Assembly (NCBI GenBank): GCA_005116795.1
Contig: SWDL01000399.1
Location: 48,696-75,017 of the forward strand
Origin: Nitrospira sp.
GTDB lineage: Bacteria; Nitrospirota; Nitrospiria; Nitrospirales; Nitrospiraceae
Direction: 5' to 3'
DNA length: 26,322 nucleotides
Shown: piece by piece, positions 9,050 to 15,500 of the stretch
How the letters are laid out: the number at the start of each line of letters is the position of its first letter
Position numbering within the stretch: the first letter of the stretch is position 1
The notes under the pieces: generated by a model
What the model saw: the letters and a program-made list of their open reading frames with translations, nothing else
What the model was told of the DNA's origin: nothing
Databases searched by the model: none
Program-made: the position numbers and the translations under genes

Positions 9050-9080
9050 CGTCGCCTGCTAGACTTGAGAGCAGGCGACG
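9050..9080. repeat. 11-bp-stem hairpin flanked by GGACAGGG direct repeats
   Basis: CGTCGCCTGCT-agacttgag-AGCAGGCGACG; GGACAGGG at 9041-9048 and 9080-9087. Confidence 0.6.
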
Positions 9081-9134
9081 GACAGGGAAGTCATCCCCCC
9101 AAGGTCCTGACAGAATAATGAGGAGGGTGGAACC

Positions 9135-9398
9135 GTGGCTGTGTCACCGCTACTTGCTCCAGGCGCGTTGGCGGCCTACACCGGAGTGTCACCGCGATCC
9201 ACCCCGCCTTTTCGAATTATACGCGACTCCAGGGAAGCCGATCGGGTGACGATTTCGGATGACGGAAAGAGACTCGCGGAGTCCGCGCAGCGCACACGCG
9301 CGAAGGTTCCTGACGACTTCGAAGCGCGATCCCTCACTCAGAAGCTGGCGCAAGGCAACCAGATTCGCGACTTTCTGACGCGAGTGTTTCAGTCCTAG
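9135..9398 (+). CDS. Small hypothetical protein with a FlgM-like D-x-V-x-I-S motif
   Basis: GAGGAGG RBS then GTG; contains EADRVTISDDGKRLAE. Confidence 0.65.
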   Translation: MAVSPLLAPGALAAYTGVSPRSTPPFRIIRDSREADRVTISDDGKRLAESAQRTRAKVPDDFEARSLTQKLAQGNQIRDFLTRVFQS

Positions 9399-9435
9399 TT
9401 TCAAAAGTCTTTCCCGCTTCTGATGGTCCGCGCCT

Positions 9436-10260
9436 CTAGCCTGTCGTTCTCGACCCACTGTTCGTTCGATTCGCCGGGAAGGCTTGCAGGCAGCCATTCA
9501 TCTGAACCAATTCGATCGGCGCCTCGAACAGGAGGCTCAAGGTCGTCGAGGTCAGGACCGTTGCACGGGCTCCGTCCGCGAAAATCTTACCGTCCTTCAA
9601 GAGCACCACACGTTCGATTTCCGGCGGAATCTCGTGAATGTGATGCGTGGCCAGGAGAATGGTCTTTCCTGTCCGGATCAGATCGCGAATGACGTCGAGA
9701 TAGTGAAAGGCAGCCGGCAGGTCGAGGCCAGTGGTCGGCTCATCCAGGATGAGCGTTCCGGGATCGTGCACCAGGGCCCGCCCCAGCAGCAGTCGCCGCT
9801 GTTGTCCGGTCGACATGGCGCCGTACGGTCGATCTGCCAGATGAGGCACGGCCAGCTTTTTTAGAAGGACCGTTGCCCGCTGAGTCTCCGCATCGGAAAA
9901 TTTCTGGTGGGGCCAGACCCCGTTGCTGGCGCGAAAGCCTGAGAGCACCACGTCAAGGCCCGTGGCCCAGGGGACATAGTCCTGTTGGAGATCCGATGAG
10001 ACGAGCCCCAGCCGCGCGCGCAGTTCCCAGACGTTCCAATTGTCCTGCCCGAAGAGGCGCACGTGGCTCTCCTCGGTGGGGACCGGATACAGTTCCCGTG
10101 TGAACAGTTTGAGGAGGGTGGTTTTCCCCGATCCATTCGGACCGAGGAGCACCGTGTGGCAGCCTTCGGCGATCTCCAAGGTCAATCCGTCAAAGACCGG
10201 CGTCGCCCCGCGATAGACCGTGGCGTTCTTGATGTCGAGCAGCGAGGGCATCCGGCTCAT
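9436..10260 (-). CDS. Stand-alone ABC-type ATPase (ModF/YlmA-like)
   Basis: Walker A GPNGSGKT, signature MSTGQQRR, Walker B LILDEP, H-loop LATHH. Start is probably ATG 10260 or 10251 rather than 10371. No permease adjacent. Confidence 0.9.
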   Translation of the reverse strand: MSRMPSLLDIKNATVYRGATPVFDGLTLEIAEGCHTVLLGPNGSGKTTLLKLFTRELYPVPTEESHVRLFGQDNWNVWELRARLGLVSSDLQQDYVPWATGLDVVLSGFRASNGVWPHQKFSDAETQRATVLLKKLAVPHLADRPYGAMSTGQQRRLLLGRALVHDPGTLILDEPTTGLDLPAAFHYLDVIRDLIRTGKTILLATHHIHEIPPEIERVVLLKDGKIFADGARATVLTSTTLSLLFEAPIELVQMNGCLQAFPANRTNSGSRTTG

Positions 10261-10465
10261 TTCACACCTCGCACCCGAAGTTGAAGTCACCCGACCGACC
10301 CGATCGCGACCGGCGCCGGTTCTTCCGGCACAACACCATTGTTCCGATCGACTACTACCCGGAGGGATCACGAGTCAGCCCCACGCCCAAACCCACAAAG
10401 GTGAATCTCAGGGGGCGGGATCCGCTTTGCGACCCAGTGCACAGCGCTTCAGCGGGAAAGGGGAT

Positions 10466-10542
10466 TGGTGTCCCCGACCCGAATTGAACGGGTGACCTGC
10501 GGTTTAGGAAACCGACGCTCTATCCAACTGAGCTACGGGCGC
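10466..10542 (-). tRNA. tRNA-Arg(CCT) with encoded CCA; two acceptor-stem mismatches
   Basis: GCGCCCG TA GCTC AGTTGGATA GAGC G TCGGT TT-CCT-AA ACCGC AGGTC ACCCG TTCAATT CGGGT CGGGGAC A CCA folds as a cloverleaf; 77 nt. Confidence 0.9.
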
Positions 10543-10600
10543 ACGGCAACCCTAATAGACCCATGTCGATGGGTCGCTGTCAAGTGAGTGCACAGCCGGC

Positions 10601-10645
10601 AAGAAACAGGAAGGGCTGCGGGACGCTGTCCCGCAGCCCTTCCTG
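10601..10645 (-). terminator. Rho-independent terminator of the RRM gene
   Basis: 18-bp perfect stem CAGGAAGGGCTGCGGGAC/GTCCCGCAGCCCTTCCTG followed by TTTCTT on the minus strand. Confidence 0.8.
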
Positions 10646-10696
10646 CGTGTCATGTGGCGCCACCTGTCAGTTCACGGTGGGCCCAGAACGATCCGG

Positions 10697-10999
10697 CTAC
10701 CAGCGATTGCGATCGCCGCCCCCTCCACCGCCTCCGCTAAACGATCTCTTTTCCTGTGGCCGTGCTTCATTGACGACCAGCGTGCGTTCGCCGAGGGGCG
10801 TGCCGTTCAGCGCGGTGATCGCCTGTTGCGCGTCCTCTGCGGTGGCCATCTCGACGAACCCAAAGCCGCGCGACTGTCCCGTGAATCGGTCCGTGATGAC
10901 TTTGGCGGATTGCACGCTCCCGCGTTGGGCAAAGAGCTCCTGCAATTCCTGCTCGGTGGTGGAATAGGGAAGGCTGCCCACATACAGCTTCGTTCCCAC
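10697..10999 (-). CDS. RRM-domain RNA-binding protein with a Gly-rich tail
   Basis: RNP2 KLYVGSL, RNP1 RGFGFVEM, VVNEARP, GGGGGGG tail. AGGAGG RBS before the GTG. Confidence 0.95.
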   Translation of the reverse strand: MGTKLYVGSLPYSTTEQELQELFAQRGSVQSAKVITDRFTGQSRGFGFVEMATAEDAQQAITALNGTPLGERTLVVNEARPQEKRSFSGGGGGGGDRNRW

Positions 11000-11201
11000 G
11001 GGCTGACCTCCTACACTGTTGGGGATATTGTCTGGGGACGAGGGAAAGACAGGAGGATGTCGGACGGGCGGCGCGAGAGTACCGGCACCAACGGGTCACT
11101 CACAACGATCCGGCCAGTTTCCACTCACCAGGCAACATCCGGACAGGGCCCCTCTGCTTCGCTCTCCATCGCTCGGCCCTGAAGCGATGAATTGAGATTT
11201 C

Positions 11202-11230
11202 ACGATAGCATGGGCCCCAGGCAATCGCAA
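11202..11230 (-). promoter_or_regulatory. sigma70-like promoter for the RRM gene, implying a 5' UTR of about 195 nt
   Basis: Minus strand TTGCGA-N17-TATCGT with a TGn extension. Confidence 0.4.
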
Positions 11231-11243
11231 ACAAACGGCCCAA

Positions 11244-11744
11244 TCACAGCAGCGCCTCGATGGCGTCGGCCACCTGTGTCGGAGACCGATGATCAGTGGG
11301 GAGGATATGATCCGCCGCCGACTGGTACGTGGGGGTCCGCTCGCGGAGCACCTCCTCCACTTCGTTCGTGAAGGACTTGGTTCCCGTCAGCGAAGGCCGC
11401 TGGATGTCCCCGCCGATGCGCGCGATAATGGTCGCAACGTCCGCCGTCAACCAGAACAGCCGACCGTTGGACTTGAGGATGGCGACATTCTGCGGCCGCA
11501 GGACGGCGCCTCCGCCCGTGTCGATGATCAGCCCGTCCTTCCCGGCCAGCTCCCGACAGACGTCGGACTCCAGGTCTCGAAAGTAGTCCCAGCCGTGGGC
11601 CTGGACGATGTCCGGGATGGCCTGATCGGCACGACGCACGATCTCCGCATCCGTGGACACGAGCGGCCGCCCTAGCCGCTCGGCGAGCAGGCGCCCGACG
11701 CTGCTCTTCCCCGTGCCGCGATAGCCGATGAGGACGAGATTCAT
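11244..11744 (-). CDS. aroK: Shikimate kinase
   Basis: LIGYRGTGKSSVG P-loop, GWDYFRDLE, DTGGG, RPSLTG, ERTPTY. Confidence 0.95.
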   Translation of the reverse strand: MNLVLIGYRGTGKSSVGRLLAERLGRPLVSTDAEIVRRADQAIPDIVQAHGWDYFRDLESDVCRELAGKDGLIIDTGGGAVLRPQNVAILKSNGRLFWLTADVATIIARIGGDIQRPSLTGTKSFTNEVEEVLRERTPTYQSAADHILPTDHRSPTQVADAIEALL

Positions 11745-11817
11745 GTCGACTGGTGCAGCGTGACGCGTGAACAGTGACGTATCAGATTCAGAAGGAAGGA
11801 CATGATTCGTCTCGGAG

Positions 11818-12687
11818 TCATCGGGAGAAGCTCGATTCCAAGACGGCGCGCATCACGTCGGCCGGCGCCTTCTGTCCGGTCCAGAGCTCAAACTGGCCGA
11901 TCGCCTGATTAAGGAACATCTCGATGCCGCGAATCGTTCGGCAGCCTGCCGCCTTGGCGTCCTTGAGGAGCTGCGTGTCGAGCGGGTTGTACACGATATC
12001 CATGACCGTCAGATGCGGCTCCAGAAACTTCGCCGGCACGCAACGGTCCGTGACCTTCGGGTGCATGCCGACCGGCGTGCAGTGGATCAGCACCTGACTG
12101 TCTCGCATGGTCTCGCGGAGGGCCTCGTCGGTCATCGGGCCCTCTTCGACGTGCAGCGAGGTCTTGGTCCGCACGTCGGCGGCCAACGTCCGCCGCTCGT
12201 CATCAAGGATGCCGAGGATGGTCAGCCCTTCGATCCGTATGGGCGGTGGCTCCATGGCGAGGGCGAAGGCAATGGCCCGCGCGGCCCCGCCGGATCCCAC
12301 CATGAGCACGCGCTGGCCCTTCAGCATCGCCCCGCCTTCTTTCAGTGCGCGTAAGGCGCCGGAGGCATCGGTATTGGAGCCGGTCAACTTGCCCTGTTCG
12401 ACGACGATGGTGTTGACGGAGCCGATGAGCCTGGCGGTCGGATCGACCTCGTCGAGCAAGGGGATGATGGACACCTTGTGTGGAATCGTGACGCTGAAGC
12501 CGCGGAGGTTTCCAAGAGCCCTCATGCCGGCCACCGCGCCGGGGAGGGATTCTACGCGAAAGGCCAGATAGACGTAGTTCAGGCCAAGTTTCTGAAAGGC
12601 CGCATTATGAATGGCGGGAGACAGCGAATGTTCGACCGGATTCCCGATGACGGCGCAGAGCCGCGTATGGGCGTTGATGGAGAGCAT
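11818..12687 (-). CDS. aroE: Shikimate dehydrogenase
   Basis: GNPVEHSLSPAIHN, GFSVTIPHK, GSVNT, GSNTD, GSGGAARA, DIVYNPLDT, GIEMFLNQA. Confidence 0.96.
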   Translation of the reverse strand: MLSINAHTRLCAVIGNPVEHSLSPAIHNAAFQKLGLNYVYLAFRVESLPGAVAGMRALGNLRGFSVTIPHKVSIIPLLDEVDPTARLIGSVNTIVVEQGKLTGSNTDASGALRALKEGGAMLKGQRVLMVGSGGAARAIAFALAMEPPPIRIEGLTILGILDDERRTLAADVRTKTSLHVEEGPMTDEALRETMRDSQVLIHCTPVGMHPKVTDRCVPAKFLEPHLTVMDIVYNPLDTQLLKDAKAAGCRTIRGIEMFLNQAIGQFELWTGQKAPADVMRAVLESSFSR

Positions 12688-12695
12688 GGTGCAGA

Positions 12696-12764
12696 GTTGT
12701 CGGTCAACAGTTGCCCGTCTTCAGTTTTCTTGATTCGCTGACAACGGAGCACCGATCACTGAAC
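12696..12764. repeat. Degenerate 7-bp-period intergenic repeat with two oppositely oriented arms
   Basis: GTTGTCG GTCAACA GTTGCCC GTCTTCA GTTTTCT ... TCGCTGA CAACGGA GCACCGA TCACTGA. Confidence 0.5.
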
Positions 12765-12767
12765 ACG

Positions 12768-12896
12768 TCATTGTCCTTTCGTCACCGAGACTGCCAGGGA
12801 CTTGCTCTCCTCCATCTGATATTGCACCACGACGTGGTCGTCCTTCTTCAGGTCCTTGAGGCCGGTCAGTCCGCTCACCTGAATATAAAGAGAGTG
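12768..12896 (-). pseudogene. Start-less 3' remnant of a small beta-rich protein gene
   Basis: 43 codons, HSLYIQVSGLTGLKDLKKDDHVVVQYQMEESKSLAVSVTKGQ*, with coding-like codon usage, starting 1 nt after the SDR stop with no RBS or ATG. Confidence 0.5.
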
Positions 12897-12897
12897 C

Positions 12898-13653
12898 TCA
12901 GTGCGCCGTCAGTCCACCGTCGATCGGGAACAGGCTGCCGGTCACCCACGTGGATTCATCCGACGCGAGGTAGACGGCCTGCCAGGCGACTTCATCCGGG
13001 GTGCCGACCCGCCGGATGGGATAGGCATCCAGCACGCCGGCGATCCGGCTGTCATCCTGAAGCAGGCCTTCCGCCATCGGGGTCTCGACCAGGCCCGGGC
13101 AGATCGCGTTGCAGCGGATGCCCTGAGCCGCATAGTCCATCGCGATGCAGCGGGTGAAGGCGTTCATGGCGCCTTTGGTGGCGCCGTAGGCGGCGCTCAT
13201 GGGAAACCCGATCAGGCCGCCGACCGAGGAGATGTTGACGATGGAGCCGCCGCCGGCTCGAATCAACTCGGGCACCGCCGCGCGGGTCATCCGGAACAGG
13301 CCGGTCAGGTTGATGGCCAGCACCTCATCCCAGGTGGCATCGTCGATCTCGTGCATGACCTTGCCGAAGGCGCCGATGGCCGCGTTGTTCACCAGCACGT
13401 TGAGCGTACCGAAGTCGCGCAGGGTCTGTTCGACCGCCGACCGGACGTGCGCCTCATCGGTCACGGTACCGGCGACGGCCAGGGCCCGTCCATGACTTCG
13501 CTCGATGGCGTGGACGACGGGATCCAGCTTGTCCTTACGCCGCCCAGTCACGACCACCGCCGCGCCTTCCTTTGCAAACCGCTCGGCGATGGCTTGGCCG
13601 ATGCCGGTGCCCCCGCCGGTGATGAGCGCCACCTTGCCTGCCAGCCGATTCAT
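12898..13653 (-). CDS. Short-chain dehydrogenase/reductase (FabG-like classical SDR)
   Basis: Starts MNRLAGKVALITGGGTGIG (ATG 13653, ATGA overlap with the trmI stop); NNAA, NISS, YGATK, GIRCNAICPG, IDGG. Confidence 0.93.
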   Translation of the reverse strand: MNRLAGKVALITGGGTGIGQAIAERFAKEGAAVVVTGRRKDKLDPVVHAIERSHGRALAVAGTVTDEAHVRSAVEQTLRDFGTLNVLVNNAAIGAFGKVMHEIDDATWDEVLAINLTGLFRMTRAAVPELIRAGGGSIVNISSVGGLIGFPMSAAYGATKGAMNAFTRCIAMDYAAQGIRCNAICPGLVETPMAEGLLQDDSRIAGVLDAYPIRRVGTPDEVAWQAVYLASDESTWVTGSLFPIDGGLTAH

Positions 13654-14546
13654 GGAGCGTCTCCTGCGTCGCCACTGCGCCGATCGTCGGATTCGTCTCG
13701 GTCCTCGTCGAGTCCGCCGGCAGGCGCGGCGCCAGTCCACAAGCCCGGCTCGACCTTCCGGGCCACGGTGAGGAACCCGGAATGTGCGACCATGCGATGG
13801 TCCGGCCTGACACTGCGGCCTTGAATATTCCACGTGCGGAGCAAGGATTCGAAGCTCTGGATGGGTCCAAATACCTTCGCCTGCTCGAGGGCCTCGACGG
13901 TCTGCATGACTTGCGGGACGGTCGGGACAAAACTCAGGTAGATGCCCCCGCTGCGCAACACCGAGGCGGCATGGGGCACCACGCGCCAGGGTTCCGGCAG
14001 ATCCAAGACCAGGCGGTCAAACCAGGGATGATCGTCGAGCACGTCGATTCCGGCATAGGCGTCTCGCCGGCACATTACGACATTCGTCGCCGTCGCGCCC
14101 ATGCCACGCTCGATATTCTGCATAGCCGTGCGGGAAAAATCTTCCCGCGCTTCATAGGTCACCACCCGTCCCATCGGCCCGACGGCGCGGGCGAGCGTCA
14201 TGGTCAGGGCGCCCGAGCCGGTCCCGGCCTCGAACACATGGGCGCCGGGATAGATGTCGGCCCACATCGTCATCAGCGCCAGATCCTTGGGATAGAGCAC
14301 CTGCGCCCCGCGCGGCATCTTGAGCACATATTCACCGAGGGTGGGCAGGCACACGAGCATCCGTTTGCCGCCGGAGAGGGTGACCAGGGAGCCGTCGGGC
14401 TTCCCGATCAGCTCATCATGCGGAATGGTCTGCCCGCTCCATTGAAAGACCGCGCCCGCTTTGAGATTCAGGGCGTACTGCCGGCCTTTCTTGTCGACCA
14501 GATGGATGCGTTCGCCGTTCTTGAGTGGTCGCATAGTGTCGGGCAT
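13650..14546 (-). CDS. trmI: tRNA (adenine58-N1)-methyltransferase, TrmI/GCD14 family
   Basis: MPRGAQVLYPKD, EAGTGSGALT, YEAREDF, LDLPEPW, FVPTVPQV, VRPDHRMVAHSGFL. Confidence 0.92.
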   Translation of the reverse strand: MPDTMRPLKNGERIHLVDKKGRQYALNLKAGAVFQWSGQTIPHDELIGKPDGSLVTLSGGKRMLVCLPTLGEYVLKMPRGAQVLYPKDLALMTMWADIYPGAHVFEAGTGSGALTMTLARAVGPMGRVVTYEAREDFSRTAMQNIERGMGATATNVVMCRRDAYAGIDVLDDHPWFDRLVLDLPEPWRVVPHAASVLRSGGIYLSFVPTVPQVMQTVEALEQAKVFGPIQSFESLLRTWNIQGRSVRPDHRMVAHSGFLTVARKVEPGLWTGAAPAGGLDEDRDESDDRRSGDAGDAP

Positions 14547-14547
14547 T

Positions 14548-14576
14548 CTAGCAGGATGTTGAAAAAGCCCGCCAGC
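14548..14576 (+). mobile_element. Possible single end of a MITE-like dispersed repeat
   Basis: CTAGCAGGATGTTGAAAAAGCCCGCCAGC resembles, from memory and unverified, the terminus of an intergenic repeat in Nitrospira genomes with IS-like GATGYTGAAAAA ends. The partner end is not visible here. Confidence 0.3.
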
Positions 14577-14603
14577 TTTGTTCTACACCTTTTCTTGTCC
14601 ACC

Positions 14604-14649
14604 AAGAGGAAGGCCGCCCCGGTTACCAAGCCGGGGCGGCCTTCCTCTT
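14604..14649. terminator. Hairpin terminator downstream of the methyltransferase gene
   Basis: 19-bp stem AAGAGGAAGGCCGCCCCGG / CCGGGGCGGCCTTCCTCTT with an 8-nt loop. Confidence 0.7.
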
Positions 14650-14672
14650 TCTGATGGGGAACGCGGGCTTCC

Positions 14673-15210
14673 TTACGGCCGGGCTTCCAGGACCAAGTTG
14701 AACGGCGTCTGCGTCGCCCGGTGGAAGCGCGTGAATCCGCCCTTTTTCACCACCTCGCTGAGCCTTGCCTCGCCGGCTTGCGCGCCGAGCGCCGGTCCGT
14801 TGTAGGCCAACGAGGCGGGCACGCAGATCATGGTGGAGGCGGCGTAGAAGACCCGTCCCACTGGATTCAGATTGTCTTCCACGCGATCGTTGGCAAAGGG
14901 TTCGACGATCATCCACGTGCCGTTCGGCGCCAAGGTCTTCAGCACGTGCTTCGCCGCACCCACCGGGTCGCCCATGTCGTGCAGGCAATCAAAGTGGGTG
15001 ACGAAGTCGTAGCCGCTCCCGGGATAATTCGTGGACTTGGCGACCTCACACGTGACGTTCTTGACGCCGGCCTCTTTCGCCCGACGGCGGGCGGTGAGGA
15101 TGGACGGCTTGTGGTAGTCGAATCCCATGAAAGAGGAGTTGGGATAGGCCTTTGCCATGATGATGGTTGAGGCGCCGAATCCGCAGCCCACGTCGGCGAC
15201 CTTGGCGCCG
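14673..15210 (-). pseudogene. 5'-truncated class I SAM-dependent methyltransferase (Rv2258c-like family; C-terminal half only)
   Basis: GAKVADVGCGFGASTIIMAKAYPNSSFMGFDYH ... FDCLHDMGDPVGAA ... GPALGAQAGEARL ... TPFNLVLEARP. Homology stops at about 15210; upstream there is no start codon, and an in-frame stop lies at 15285-15287. Confidence 0.85.
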
Positions 15211-15212
15211 CA

Positions 15213-15437
15213 ACGGTCGCGAGCGAAGCCGCGGCGGCGTTGGGCGCGGCGCCCGCCGCCGATGTGCCAGACTATGGACTCGGTCTACGGGTAGACGAAG
15301 ACACCCATGAGGTCATCGCGGTCATTGTCGATCGAAATACCGGGAAGGTCATCAGGGAAATCCCCTCGGAAGATATGCGGACGGCTTCCAAGGTCATCCG
15401 CAACCTGATCGGGCCACTGGTCGACAAGGTCGCCTAG
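15213..15437 (+). pseudogene. flaG: Flagellar protein FlaG, 5'-truncated
   Basis: LRVDEDTHEVIAVIVDRNTGKVIREIPSEDM...LIGPLVDKVA* is the FlaG core, directly upstream of fliD. The N-terminus is replaced by antisense methyltransferase sequence. Confidence 0.85.
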
Positions 15438-15441
15438 ACCG

Positions 15442-15469
15442 TCAAGTTCTTCCGTCTGTCTACCGATAA
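15442..15469 (+). promoter_or_regulatory. sigma28 (FliA) promoter of fliD
   Basis: (T)CAAGTTCT-N11-ACCGATAA, compared with the consensus TAAAGTTT-N11-GCCGATAA. Confidence 0.7.
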
Positions 15470-15500
15470 GTCTGTCAGGAATAAATAATAACGGACTCCT

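Noticed and set aside
10284-10400. Minus-strand fragment GFGRGADS*SLRVVVDRNNGVVPEEPAPVAIGSVG* downstream of the tRNA, as a possible island remnant
   Set aside because: Too short, no recognisable family, and no integrase or duplicated tRNA 3' end visible.
10552-10583. TTGACA...TATTAG upstream of the tRNA as its promoter
   Set aside because: The spacer is 20 nt and the -10 lacks the final T; a 7-bp hairpin lies in the spacer. Not strong enough to call.
12901-14654. Plus-strand ORFs 12901..13824 and 13782..14654, and the SDR extension to 13833
   Set aside because: Antisense shadows of the SDR and trmI; the SDR extension overlaps trmI, and the ATGA junction at 13650-13653 defines the real start.
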